This document shows, piece after piece, positions 1 to 9,627 of a stretch of 63,455 bases of DNA. Source of the DNA: Verrucomicrobiota bacterium (GTDB lineage: Bacteria > Verrucomicrobiota > Verrucomicrobiia > Limisphaerales > DSYF01); the NCBI GenBank assembly GCA_041181065.1, contig JBEGQI010000204.1, forward strand, positions 1 to 63,455. Reading direction: 5' to 3'. The notes below the pieces were generated by a model. It was not told the DNA's origin. It was given only the letters and a program-made list of their open reading frames with translations, and searched no databases. Both the position numbers and the translations under genes were made by a program. The number at the start of each line of letters is the position of its first letter. Positions within the stretch are counted from its first letter, which is position 1.

Positions 1-337
1 AGCCGCCGCCGACCTTGACCACCTTCCGCACCGGGCAACCCATGTTGATGTCGATGGACTGCGCGCCGTGCGCTTCAACGACGAGCGCGGCATCGCGCAT
101 CTCTTCCGGCACCGAGCCGAAGAGCTGCACCGCAAATGGCCGGTCCGCCGCGTTGGTCTCGATGAGCTTGAAAGCCTTCGCCCGCTTCTCCAGCAACGAA
201 CGTGCGTTGACCAGATCCGTGGTGCACAGGCCAACGCCACCCAGCTCGCGCACGACCAGCCGGAACGGCAGATTCGTGTAACCCGCCAGCGGCGAGAGGA
301 ACAGGTTGCTCGATAATGTCAGCGGCCCAAATTGCAT
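1..337 (-). CDS. dusB: tRNA-dihydrouridine synthase (5' part; runs off window start)
   Basis: Manual translation from ATG 337: MQFGPLTLSSNLFLSPLAGYTNLPFR...AVQLFGS...IDINMGCPVRKV, the Dus-family motifs. Not in the ORF track because it is truncated. Confidence 0.9.
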   Translation of the reverse strand, partial: MQFGPLTLSSNLFLSPLAGYTNLPFRLVVRELGGVGLCTTDLVNARSLLEKRAKAFKLIETNAADRPFAVQLFGSVPEEMRDAALVVEAHGAQSIDINMGCPVRKVVKVGGG

Positions 338-456
338 CGGCCCGCAGTATAACCATTAAGCTGCACGCGTCACGCACCGCGAATTAACAGTTTGCGCCCC
401 CGCCATCCTCCGCAATAATCCACCCACGCCGCGATCCCTGTCTCGGCCACGATTTA

Positions 457-1089
457 ATGAACGAGTGGAACATCCAGTCCCGCGCGCACGGCTGCACGTC
501 GTGCGAGCAGCCCTTTGCCGACAAGCAGAACTATCACACCGTCCTCTTCGACGACCACGCGGAGTTCCGCCGCCACGATTTGTGCGACGCCTGCTGGCAG
601 CGCGACTTCGGTCCCGACGCCCGCGAACGCAAGGGCTTCATCTCCTACTGGCACGGCACCTACGAAGCCCCGCCACCGGTGGCGGAGGTCATTCAAAAAG
701 AGAGCGCCGAGACGTTGCTCCGCAAACTCATTGAGGCGAACGATCCATCGCACGGCCCAGCGGCTTACATTTTGGCCGTGATGCTCGAACGCAAGCGCGC
801 GCTCAAGGTGAAGGAGCAACTCAAGCGCGACGGCCAACGCATCTTCATCTACGAGCAACCCAAGACCGGCGACGTGTTCACCATCACCGACCCGAACCTG
901 CAATTGAACCAGCTCGAAGCCGTTCAACGCGACGTCGCGCATCTGCTCGAACACGGCTTCAATCCCGGCGAAACCGCCGCCGCCACATCGGCACCTGCGG
1001 GCGAACTCCCGCCCGCGTTGCCGCCGGTGGAACCTGAATCCGCCATCGCCGCCGCCGAACCCGCGTCGGACGACGCCAAGCCTGCTTGA
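457..1089 (+). CDS. Hypothetical protein with two CxxC pairs (putative Zn-binding)
   Basis: 210-aa ORF, host-like codon use, CTSC and CDAC pairs; ends 7 nt before rnc. Confidence 0.75.
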   Translation: MNEWNIQSRAHGCTSCEQPFADKQNYHTVLFDDHAEFRRHDLCDACWQRDFGPDARERKGFISYWHGTYEAPPPVAEVIQKESAETLLRKLIEANDPSHGPAAYILAVMLERKRALKVKEQLKRDGQRIFIYEQPKTGDVFTITDPNLQLNQLEAVQRDVAHLLEHGFNPGETAAATSAPAGELPPALPPVEPESAIAAAEPASDDAKPA

Positions 1090-1096
1090 ATTTCAC

Positions 1097-1795
1097 GTGG
1101 CCGACCTGAGCGCACTTCAAAACCGCATCGGCTACACGTTCCAGAACGCCGAGTTGCTCCGGCTTGCGCTCACGCATCCGAGCATCGCGCACGAAGCCGG
1201 CTCGCACATCCAGACCAACCAACGCCTCGAGTTCCTCGGCGACGCCGTCCTGCAACTCATACTGACGCGGGCGCTCTACGATACTTTCCCAGGCTACGGC
1301 GAAGGCCCGTTGACCAAAGCCCGCGCCACGCTCGTCAATCGCCGCACGCTCGCGCAACACGCACGGAGCGTCGGCCTGCACGAACACATCTTCGTCAGCC
1401 GCGGCGAAGAGCAGACCGGCGGACGCACCCGCCCTTCCGCCATGGCCGACGTGTTTGAAGCCGTGGTCGGCGCGTTGTTCCTGGATGGCGGGCTCGAGGC
1501 TGCGCGCACTTTTGTGATGACAGAATTCGCGCCCCATATCAGCAACATCACCGAGCTGCCGTCCATCGATAATCCCAAGGGCGAATTGCAAGAGATGCTG
1601 CAAGCGACCTCCGCCGAGGCGCCGAAATACGAACTCATCTCCGCCTCCGGCCCCGACCACGACCGCAGTTTCGAATGCAAGGTCACCCACAGCGGCATTG
1701 AACTCGGCCGCGGCACCGGCAAGAGCAAGAAGGATGCGGAAACCGCCGCCGCGCTCGTCGCCTATCAGGCTTTGAAGCAAAGCAAGCAGGCCTGA
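1097..1795 (+). CDS. rnc: Ribonuclease III
   Basis: NQRLEFLGDAVL signature, ADVFEAVVGALFLD, C-terminal dsRBD. Confidence 0.97.
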   Translation: MADLSALQNRIGYTFQNAELLRLALTHPSIAHEAGSHIQTNQRLEFLGDAVLQLILTRALYDTFPGYGEGPLTKARATLVNRRTLAQHARSVGLHEHIFVSRGEEQTGGRTRPSAMADVFEAVVGALFLDGGLEAARTFVMTEFAPHISNITELPSIDNPKGELQEMLQATSAEAPKYELISASGPDHDRSFECKVTHSGIELGRGTGKSKKDAETAAALVAYQALKQSKQA

Positions 1796-1856
1796 CGCGA
1801 AGCCCGAAATCTATTTCGCTTCGGCTTAAGGTGGTGGTTCAGCAAAAAGTTTTCCC

Positions 1857-1873
1857 CTTAACGTCCGCTTAAG
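1857..1873 (+). promoter_or_regulatory. Putative OmpR-family (PmrA/QseB-like) direct-repeat binding site
   Basis: CTTAAC-N5-CTTAAG; GCTTAAGGTGG also occurs at 1824-1834 and 1867-1877. Confidence 0.45.
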
Positions 1874-1896
1874 GTGGCGTCGCATAGAGTGTCACC

Positions 1897-2337
1897 ATGA
1901 AAAGTGAACGCTCTCCGATCACCGCACGGTGGATGTTGGTGGACGACGACGAGCAACTTCGTCCCACCATCGCCAAGCTCATCGCCGCGCTGGCCGGGGT
2001 TGAAGTCGTGGAATTTTCTTCGGGCGCTGCCGCACTGGCCGCCCTCACGGCGGCGCCCGACACGTTCACCTTCGTCGTCAGTGACCTCGACAGCCCCCAC
2101 ATGAGCGGCATCGAATTCTGCCGGCGCCTCAAGCTCTTCCGCCCGCAACTGCAAGTGCTCCTTGCGACCGGCAGCGGACTCATCACCGAGCCCGAGGCCC
2201 TTGCTCAGGGATTTTGCGGGCTCATCCACAAACCGTTTTCCGTGGCCGCCCTGCGCCGCGTTATCGCTGCCGCAGGATTGCCCGAAGTTCACCAACCCGT
2301 TCAGGCCGGAGTTGCTCCGGTGTGCCTCGCGGCCTGA
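1897..2337 (+). CDS. Stand-alone response regulator receiver domain
   Basis: LVDDD, VVSDLDSPHMSG, LATG and HKPF receiver motifs; no output domain. Confidence 0.85.
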   Translation: MKSERSPITARWMLVDDDEQLRPTIAKLIAALAGVEVVEFSSGAAALAALTAAPDTFTFVVSDLDSPHMSGIEFCRRLKLFRPQLQVLLATGSGLITEPEALAQGFCGLIHKPFSVAALRRVIAAAGLPEVHQPVQAGVAPVCLAA

Positions 2338-2367
2338 CGCAACACAACAAACACCCAGGACACGAAC

Positions 2368-2766
2368 ATGAAAACATCACTAAAATCACTCCTCGCCCTC
2401 GCCGCGATCGGCACCGCCACGTGGCTCATCGCTCAAGACAACCAAGCCCCGATGGACGGCCCCGGTGGCGGAAATGGCCCGCACGGTCCCGGCATGGGCG
2501 GACATCGCCCGCCGCCGCCCATCGTCGCCGTGCTGGATGCGAATCACGACGGCGTCATCAGCGCGGACGAAATCGCCAACGCCAGCAAGGCGCTGCTGAA
2601 ACTCGACAAGAATGGCGACGGCAAGTTGACGCCCGAAGAGCTGCGTCCGCCGCGGCCTGAAGGTCGCGGTGAAGGCCGTGGCGAAGGACCGGGACCGGAG
2701 GGCTTTGGTCCGGAAGGCCCGGGCCCGGGCGGACCCGAGTTCGATGGCCCGCCGCCGCAGGAGTAA
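2368..2766 (+). CDS. Secreted EF-hand protein, Gly/Pro-rich
   Basis: Signal peptide; EF-hand loops DANHDGVISADE and DKNGDGKLTPEE. Confidence 0.85.
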   Translation: MKTSLKSLLALAAIGTATWLIAQDNQAPMDGPGGGNGPHGPGMGGHRPPPPIVAVLDANHDGVISADEIANASKALLKLDKNGDGKLTPEELRPPRPEGRGEGRGEGPGPEGFGPEGPGPGGPEFDGPPPQE

Positions 2767-2866
2767 TGGCTCCAAACACACGCGGATCGTCGCCAGACGA
2801 ACTGGCCACGAGCCGCTTTCCTTTCAACGCCCATTCACGCAGGCTCACCGAAACCAACCCATTGCC

Positions 2867-3859
2867 ATGAAAAACGCATTGCTCATTTCTCTGTTCGTGC
2901 TCATCAGCCAGATCGCCCAAGCGCATCCCGGACACGACGAGAGTTCGCCGCTCTTGCTGGCGGCCGCAGAAAACCCGGGCACGCTCGTCACGAAGAGTTC
3001 GTTGCCTGAAAGTCAGGTGACGATTTCCGAGGAGAGCGGCTTTCGGTGGATCCGCGGGAATGGCGTCCCGAATCATGAGACCGGCCAGTTCCCGGGACGT
3101 GGCAACCCCAACCGCATTACGGCGCAGAGTCACTCGTTCCGCGTGACATTGACGCCGCGCACCAACGCCGTGACCCGCGATGCGCGTGGGGCGTGGTTCG
3201 GCGTGGCGTTGAATGGCGTGCCATTCGAGCCGGGCACTGCGGAGTTTTGGAACGGTCAGCCCGAGTGGGTGATGGAGGCCAAGTCCGGGTTCATCAATCT
3301 CGGCATCGACGCCAGCAATGCACACGTGCAACCGACAGGCGCGTATCATTATCACGGTCTGCCGACGGGCCTCATCAAGAAGCTGGGCGGCGAAGGAACG
3401 AAGATGGTTCTCGTGGGTTACGCAGCGGATGGATTTCCGATCTACACCAGCTGGGCGCACAGCGTCGCGACCAACGCGAGCAGTGCATTGAAGCAGATGC
3501 GCTCAAGCTGGCAGTTGAAGAAAGGGACACGCGACGGCGGACCGGGCGGCACGCCCGATGGCAAATACACACGCGACTTCGAATATGTGCGTGGCAGCGG
3601 CGACTTGGATGAATGCAACGGCCGCTTCGGTGTCACGCCGGAGTATCCGCGCGGAACTTACTATTACTGCATCACGGAAGAGTTCCCGCAACTGGCGCGT
3701 TCGTGGCGCGGCACTCCGGATGCGAGCTTCACCAAACGTGGCATGGGTGGCGGTCCGGGCGGCCGCGGCCCAGGCAGGCCGGGTGGTCCGGGCGGGCTAG
3801 GCGGTCCGGGAAATCGCCCGCCGCCGCCGCCGTTTGGCGAACCGCCGCAAGGCCAATGA
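2867..3859 (+). CDS. YHYH-domain secreted protein
   Basis: Signal peptide from MKNALL, then AHPGH; GVALNGVPF, AHVQPTGAYHYH, GYAADGFPIY, DLDECNG. Confidence 0.9.
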   Translation: MKNALLISLFVLISQIAQAHPGHDESSPLLLAAAENPGTLVTKSSLPESQVTISEESGFRWIRGNGVPNHETGQFPGRGNPNRITAQSHSFRVTLTPRTNAVTRDARGAWFGVALNGVPFEPGTAEFWNGQPEWVMEAKSGFINLGIDASNAHVQPTGAYHYHGLPTGLIKKLGGEGTKMVLVGYAADGFPIYTSWAHSVATNASSALKQMRSSWQLKKGTRDGGPGGTPDGKYTRDFEYVRGSGDLDECNGRFGVTPEYPRGTYYYCITEEFPQLARSWRGTPDASFTKRGMGGGPGGRGPGRPGGPGGLGGPGNRPPPPPFGEPPQGQ

Positions 3860-3868
3860 ACGTTGCGC

Positions 3869-4852
3869 TCAGGCGCCGACAAATTTTGTCAGCTTCTGCC
3901 ACACTTCCTCCTCGGTAATCCGGTCGAGGCAGTGTGCAACGGGGAAGCGGCAGTAATCCGAGCAGGGACGAAACGGGCAAGCCTTGCCGTCGATGCTGAC
4001 CGCCGCGGATGACAGTGGCGTGAACCACTCGGAAAGTTGCGGGCCGAAGATGGAGAAGGTTGGCACGCCGCACGCCGCCGCAACGTGCCCCGGCCCGGAG
4101 TCGTTGCCGACGAAATACGCACAGTCGTCGAGCAAGGTGATGAGGAGGTCCACGCTCGATGGCACGCGCACATCCGGTTCGCCCGCCTGCTGCCACCAAC
4201 TGCGCTGCCCCGGATCACAAGCCACGACGACTTCAAAGCCCAACGCACGCAACCGGCCCGCGACGCTTTTATAGCGTTCCAACGGCCAAGTGCGAATGGG
4301 CTGGCCCGCACCGGTGTGGAGCAGGATGCGCTTGGTATCCTTGCGTCGAACCGGACCGAGCGGATCGTGCTCCGGTAATTGCAAACCGATCTCGCGGGCT
4401 GCCGTCACCCAATGTTCGTGCCGATGGGATTCAGGGGCCGGATGGGACAACGCCCGCGTGAGCAACCGCTGGCTGCCCAAGCGCGGAAAACCGATGCGCT
4501 CGGTCGCGCCGATGCAAAACATGAGCGCGTGATCGCGCGGGTCGCGCCGAGCAGAAACAGAAACGGCAAAGTTTTCTTCAGCCAGATGCCGGCGAAGTTG
4601 AGCCATGACACGCCACGGCCAGTGTTGCAGTTGATATTTTTTTCGGAAGGCCGTCCACGGGGCAGTGAAGGGAACGACCGTCACCTCGGGCCAGAAGTGC
4701 GGACGCAGTTGGGCGGCATGCGACTTGGCGAGGAGCGTGACGTCGAAGCGCTGGCCAGCGGCACGCAGGAACGGCGTGGCCAGGATGAGGTCCCCGAGAC
4801 CCCACAACTCCACGACCAGCAATCTGGGTTTGACCGTCCGCTCCGGATTCAT
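3869..4852 (-). CDS. Glycosyltransferase family 9 (heptosyltransferase-like)
   Basis: GLGDLILATP and VGNDSGPGHVAAA...FGP motifs; start taken at ATG 4852. Confidence 0.9.
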   Translation of the reverse strand: MNPERTVKPRLLVVELWGLGDLILATPFLRAAGQRFDVTLLAKSHAAQLRPHFWPEVTVVPFTAPWTAFRKKYQLQHWPWRVMAQLRRHLAEENFAVSVSARRDPRDHALMFCIGATERIGFPRLGSQRLLTRALSHPAPESHRHEHWVTAAREIGLQLPEHDPLGPVRRKDTKRILLHTGAGQPIRTWPLERYKSVAGRLRALGFEVVVACDPGQRSWWQQAGEPDVRVPSSVDLLITLLDDCAYFVGNDSGPGHVAAACGVPTFSIFGPQLSEWFTPLSSAAVSIDGKACPFRPCSDYCRFPVAHCLDRITEEEVWQKLTKFVGA

Positions 4853-4914
4853 GCGTGGCGATGCAGTTAGCGGAGTGCCCGGGGCGAGGCAATGCATTTT
4901 CTTAGCGCAGCGCC

Positions 4915-5370
4915 TCAGACGACACCCAGTTCGCGCGTGCGGCCACGTCCCAAAATCACGCGAACCCGGCGCACACCGTTGACACGCCCGGCGATCGAAC
5001 GCAACTGCTCCACAAATCGCAATGCGAGCATTTGATGGTGATGTTTGCCGTGCGTGGCGAATTCCTCAGCCACGGCCAGGTGAAGCAGCAAAATGGTTTC
5101 TGCGTCGAGCCGTGTGTAGATCATTACGCCAGCAAGTTTGGTGCGCAAGCCGGTGGAGACGGTTGCAAAGACGGTCTGCACTTCGCGACCGCTGTCGAGC
5201 CTGATTCGCAATTTGCCCTGCGCCACAACAACCTTCGGCACTCCGAATTGTTCGATGCCCTCGAGAATGGCCGCGCGCACAAGGTGCTGGCGCGGGTTCA
5301 GGAACAGGAGGTTCTCCAGTTCCCGCCGGCAGCTCGCACTGTAAATGGATGTAAATTGAACTGGGCTCAC
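4915..5370 (-). CDS. Hypothetical protein
   Basis: 151-aa ORF co-oriented upstream of the GT9 gene; plausible globular composition. Confidence 0.6.
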   Translation of the reverse strand: MSPVQFTSIYSASCRRELENLLFLNPRQHLVRAAILEGIEQFGVPKVVVAQGKLRIRLDSGREVQTVFATVSTGLRTKLAGVMIYTRLDAETILLLHLAVAEEFATHGKHHHQMLALRFVEQLRSIAGRVNGVRRVRVILGRGRTRELGVV

Positions 5371-5508
5371 GGATCGTCAGCAACGGTTGGGCAGACGCTA
5401 GGCGAAGCCAAAACTTTGGCAAATAGTGAATTCAAAGGCTCGGCTTTACACCAACTCAAGAGTTGGTTCCCTGGATTCCGCGCCAGGGACAGCTTCTTCA
5501 TTCATTCA

Positions 5509-5523
5509 TGGCACATGAGTTGC
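5509..5523 (+). promoter_or_regulatory. Sigma-54 -24/-12 promoter
   Basis: TGGCAC-ATGAG-TTGC matches TGGCAC-N5-TTGC, about 20 nt before the ORF at 5542. Confidence 0.65.
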
Positions 5524-5541
5524 GCACTCATTCTTAAGGGA

Positions 5542-5868
5542 ATGAAGATTATGGCGAAAAAGATGAATCTAATGGCGCTCTTCCAAGAGCTGGACGGTCG
5601 CGCTCGTTTGATGAATCGCCGTCCGGCGGCGCAAGCGAGCGGAGTCTATTTGATGCAGTTGCGCGCACAAAACGGCGCACTGACGCTGCCGCGCCGTCGT
5701 TTCAGCATCGCCGTGGATTTGAGCAAAACGCACCCCCTGCCCCAGTCGGTGAAGATCACCCATGTCCGCCCGGTGGATGCCAGCCCCGACCCGGGAGCCA
5801 AGCACACCTCGATCCGCATGAGCCTGCAAAAGGCGGAACTGCCCAAAGTTAGTTCAAAGGCTGGCTGA
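5542..5868 (+). CDS. Small basic hypothetical protein
   Basis: 3' part of ORF 5032-5868; several possible Met starts just after the sigma-54 site; start uncertain. Confidence 0.55.
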   Translation: MKIMAKKMNLMALFQELDGRARLMNRRPAAQASGVYLMQLRAQNGALTLPRRRFSIAVDLSKTHPLPQSVKITHVRPVDASPDPGAKHTSIRMSLQKAELPKVSSKAG

Positions 5869-5921
5869 AAACGGTGCATACCGCCGGCGGCCGGAACTCG
5901 GATTTCGGCCCACTTTGAATT

Positions 5922-6497
5922 TCAGCGAAATTCTACTTCCTCAAATCCCATCTGCAGAAAGAGCTGCTTAAGCTGGTTCTTCACCCGGTCGTCGGCCTCT
6001 TTAGCAATCCCTCCAACGCGCGCCGCCCGGGCGATATCATCAATGGCATTCTGCCGCGCGGTTTGCTCCAGATCCTTGTCAAAGGTGCGGAGCAATCCAG
6101 TCGTGCGCTCGATCACCTGCGTCTGCTTGTCGTCGAGGTAGGCATCCAGCGGACGGGCCGGCGGAAGTTTGATTGAGATTTTTTTCCCGGATACCGAGAT
6201 GTCCTCCGGCTTGAGTTTCTGCAAATCCACACCCGCCTTGACAACGCCGTGCGCGAGCAGGAGCACGCGGCTTTCGCCATACCACTTCACATCCTCCAAT
6301 ACGACGACCTTTTCGATGACATATTTGACCACGACCAACTCGGACAAGGACTGCACCTGTTTAAGCAGTGTGGCGGTGCTGTAGGTCTTGATGCCGCCGG
6401 AAGATGGCAACAATCGACCCACAAATGTTCCTAGGAGAATGCCGCCGAGCAGAAAGGTGGCGACCACAAAAAAGAGGAGTGCGCGAGCCTTGTTCAT
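5922..6497 (-). CDS. DUF4230-like membrane-anchored protein
   Basis: N-terminal TM helix; GVVKAGVDL, I.IKLPPA and LFLQMGFEEVEF pattern. Confidence 0.8.
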   Translation of the reverse strand: MNKARALLFFVVATFLLGGILLGTFVGRLLPSSGGIKTYSTATLLKQVQSLSELVVVKYVIEKVVVLEDVKWYGESRVLLLAHGVVKAGVDLQKLKPEDISVSGKKISIKLPPARPLDAYLDDKQTQVIERTTGLLRTFDKDLEQTARQNAIDDIARAARVGGIAKEADDRVKNQLKQLFLQMGFEEVEFR

Positions 6498-6591
6498 GGA
6501 GGGAATGTAACGCGATTGCCCGCGGTGCAAAGCGGATTTCACATCGTCAGTTTTCCCTTTGATGCGCGCAGCGCCGGACTAAACTATCGGC

Positions 6592-7599
6592 ATGAGTTCG
6601 ATCTCAGCCGGTCAATTCCCCATCTGCCGCCCCCGCCGTTTGCGTCAATCCGCCGCGATGCGCCGCCTCGTCGCCGAAACGCAGCTGAGCGCCAGCCAGT
6701 TGATCTACCCGCTATTTGTGCGCAGCGGCCGCAAGACGCGCATCCCCATCAGTTCGATGCCCGGTGTGTTTCAGTTATCGCTGGACGAAATGCTCAAGGA
6801 CGCCCGCACGGCCTTTGAACTCGGCGTGCCAGCGGTTCTGTTGTTCGGCATTCCCGACAAGAAGGATAAAAAAGCCTCGGGCGCTTACGCGAAGAACGGC
6901 ATCGTGCAACAAGCGGTGCGGCTGCTGAAGAAGGAGTTGCCGGCGTTGCTCGTCGTGACAGACGTGTGTCTCTGCGAATACATGGAGCACGGTCATTGCG
7001 GCATCGTGCACCAATCACCCAAGGGCGCGCGCATCTTGAATGACCCTTCGCTGAAGCTGCTCGCGCAGACGGCGGCCAGCCACGCAGAAGCCGGCGCGGA
7101 CATTGTTGCGCCCAGCGACATGATGGATGGCCGCGTGCGGGCCATCCGGGCGGAGTTGGATAAAAACGGGTTCGATGATACGCCCATCATGAGTTACGCG
7201 GCAAAGTTTGCCTCGGCTTACTACGGTCCGTTTCGCGAAGCGGCGGAATCGACGCCGAAGTTCGGCGACCGGCGCAGTTACCAGATGGATAATGCCAACG
7301 CGAATGAAGCTCTGCGCGAAGTGGCGCTAGACATCGCCGAAGGTGCGGACATCGTCATGGTGAAACCCGCCCTTGCCTACCTCGACATCATCCATCGGGT
7401 GAAGACCGAGTTCGGTTATCCGACGGCGGCCTACAACGTGAGTGCGGAGTATTCGATGATCAAGGCAGCCGCAGCCAAAGGCTGGGTGGATGAACGGGGT
7501 GTGACTTTGGAAACGTTGCTAGCGATGCGACGTGCGGGCGCGGATATCATCATCACCTACTCAGCATGTGATGCCGCAAGGTGGCTCAAACAAGGCTGA
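6592..7599 (+). CDS. hemB: Porphobilinogen synthase (ALA dehydratase)
   Basis: RPRRLR, DVCLCEYMEHGHCG Zn site, APSDMMDGR, MVKPA. Confidence 0.97.
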   Translation: MSSISAGQFPICRPRRLRQSAAMRRLVAETQLSASQLIYPLFVRSGRKTRIPISSMPGVFQLSLDEMLKDARTAFELGVPAVLLFGIPDKKDKKASGAYAKNGIVQQAVRLLKKELPALLVVTDVCLCEYMEHGHCGIVHQSPKGARILNDPSLKLLAQTAASHAEAGADIVAPSDMMDGRVRAIRAELDKNGFDDTPIMSYAAKFASAYYGPFREAAESTPKFGDRRSYQMDNANANEALREVALDIAEGADIVMVKPALAYLDIIHRVKTEFGYPTAAYNVSAEYSMIKAAAAKGWVDERGVTLETLLAMRRAGADIIITYSACDAARWLKQG

Positions 7600-7639
7600 G
7601 AAAAAATCTGCGGAGAGGGAATCGCGCCGACGATCAGGC

Positions 7640-8209
7640 TCAGGAGCCGATCGCTTTCCACGCAACGATGATGCCGATCAAGATGATCAGGCCGATGACA
7701 ATCCCGCCGATGAGGAACCAGCGGTTGACCTTGTTCGTCTTCTTCGTGAAACCGGTGTTGGCCGCCTTGAAACTCGCCGTCTTCGGCTCGGTCAGCTGAT
7801 CCATGCTCACGCCACGGGTAACGACCATGGTCTGATCCTGACGCGGTTTGCTCGTCGAAGATGAAGATGGCGCAGGTGCTGGCGCGGACATCGGCTTGGG
7901 CGCGGACGGCGCAGGTGCTGGCGTGCCGTCATCGATGCGCAACTCGACTTGTCCCAGCTTGAGAATCTGTCCGGGCTTAAGCGTGGCCTCGGTAATCTTG
8001 TCTCCGTTGATGTAACTCCCGTTGGTGGAGTTCAAATCGCGGATGACGACATCGTTGCCGCGCAAAAGGATTTCGCAGTGATGGCTGGAGACGGAGGGGT
8101 CGGCGATCTGGAAGGCATTGTCATCAACGCGCCCGACAGTTGTGGTTTCCACCTTCAACTCGTAGCTTTGCCCGGCAATCGGACCGCTGAGAACCTGCAG
8201 TTTCGCCAT
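7640..8209 (-). CDS. FHA-domain protein with C-terminal TM anchor
   Basis: VGR, SVSSHH and DLNSTNGSYING FHA motifs; Pro-rich linker; hydrophobic C-terminus. Confidence 0.9.
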   Translation of the reverse strand: MAKLQVLSGPIAGQSYELKVETTTVGRVDDNAFQIADPSVSSHHCEILLRGNDVVIRDLNSTNGSYINGDKITEATLKPGQILKLGQVELRIDDGTPAPAPSAPKPMSAPAPAPSSSSTSKPRQDQTMVVTRGVSMDQLTEPKTASFKAANTGFTKKTNKVNRWFLIGGIVIGLIILIGIIVAWKAIGS

Positions 8210-8290
8210 AGAATGATTGACCGGATTATCGAAAGGGACCGAACCAAGTCAAACGCAAAGGTGCGTTACCTGACAACCCGTTGAAGCGGG

Positions 8291-9454
8291 TCAACGATTC
8301 TTCGACAGCACCAACTCGCGGAACTCCGCGAACAATGGCGTGGAATCGTGCGGACCCGGCGAGGCTTCGGGATGATACTGCACGCAGAACACCGGCTTCG
8401 TCTTGTGGCGCATGCCTTCGACAGTCTGGTCGTTGAGATTGATGCGGTCCACTTGCACGTCCGAAGGCAACGAAGCAGCGTCCACGGCGAAGCCATGGTT
8501 CTGCGACGTGATCTCGACTTTGCCGGAATTCAAATCTTTCACGGGCTGGTTGCCGCCGCGATGACCGAACTTGAGCTTGAAGGTCTTGCCGCCGAAAGCT
8601 TGACCGAGGATCTGATGACCCAAGCAAATGCCGAACGTCGGAATGCCGGTCTTCAGCAACTCGGTGACGGTATTCACCGCGTAACCGAGCGCCGCTGGGT
8701 CGCCGGGGCCGTTGGAAAGAAAGATGCCCGCCGGCTTGTATTTCAAAACTTCCGCCGCCGTGGTCGTTGCCGGCACGATCTGCACTTTGAATCCATGCTG
8801 ACGCAGCCGGCGCGCGATGTTGTATTTCATCCCGAAGTCGAGCGCGACGATCGGAATGTCCGCCGGCGGCAGCGGCTTGCGATGGTTGCGAGCATCGAGC
8901 TTGGCGTTGCCGCGCACGAGATCGAACGCCGCGCTTTGCGCGTCCTTCTCATCCCACGCGAACGCCTGCTTGTGCGTCACTTCCTTGACGTAATCGACGC
9001 CAACCAAACCTTCCCACGCCTTTGCGCGCGCAACGGCCTCGGCAGGGGTCATGTCCTCGGTGGTGATGAATCCGTTCATCGCGCCGCGCACGCGGAGCTT
9101 CTTCGTGAGCGAGCGGGTGTCGATGCCTTGGATGCCGGGGATGCCATTCTTCGCGAGGTAATCTGGCAACGACAGGTCTGCGCGCCAGTTGCTGACGATG
9201 GGCGAAACTTCACGCACGACAAAGCCGGCGACATGCGGCTGCCACGATTCGACGTCCACTTCGTTGACGCCGTAATTGCCGATGAGCGGGTAGGTCATCG
9301 TGACGATTTGCGCCTTGTAAGACGGGTCGGTGAGGATTTCCTGATAGCCGGTCATCGAGGTGTTGAAACACACCTCGCCGCAGGCTGACGCGCGTGCGCC
9401 GAAACCTGCGCCTTGAAAAACCGTGCCGTCTTCGAGGGCCAAAATTGCTTTCAT
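8291..9454 (-). CDS. carA: Carbamoyl-phosphate synthase small subunit
   Basis: [41 protein letters not shown]. Confidence 0.97.
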   Translation of the reverse strand: MKAILALEDGTVFQGAGFGARASACGEVCFNTSMTGYQEILTDPSYKAQIVTMTYPLIGNYGVNEVDVESWQPHVAGFVVREVSPIVSNWRADLSLPDYLAKNGIPGIQGIDTRSLTKKLRVRGAMNGFITTEDMTPAEAVARAKAWEGLVGVDYVKEVTHKQAFAWDEKDAQSAAFDLVRGNAKLDARNHRKPLPPADIPIVALDFGMKYNIARRLRQHGFKVQIVPATTTAAEVLKYKPAGIFLSNGPGDPAALGYAVNTVTELLKTGIPTFGICLGHQILGQAFGGKTFKLKFGHRGGNQPVKDLNSGKVEITSQNHGFAVDAASLPSDVQVDRINLNDQTVEGMRHKTKPVFCVQYHPEASPGPHDSTPLFAEFRELVLSKNR

Positions 9455-9627
9455 CTCGCTCAAAACTGGCCGCGATGCTAGGGGCCGACTCTTGCCGGTC
9501 AAGAACCAATCCGGAACGCGGAATTTCTCCGAAGCAAATCTCCCGCGCCGCCCAGCTGAATCGATTCCGCGCGCGTGGTGGTTAAACAAAGTTGGCGGCT
9601 GGTGGCTGGTCGCGCTATAAACCTCGC

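Noticed and set aside
2660..2760. GC-rich tandem-like repeats (GAAGGCCG, GGCCCG); also 3740-3840
   Set aside because: Explained by Gly/Pro/Glu low-complexity protein tails
9592..9612. GGCTGGT-GGCTGGT heptamer pair upstream of tgt
   Set aside because: Only two units; too short to distinguish from chance
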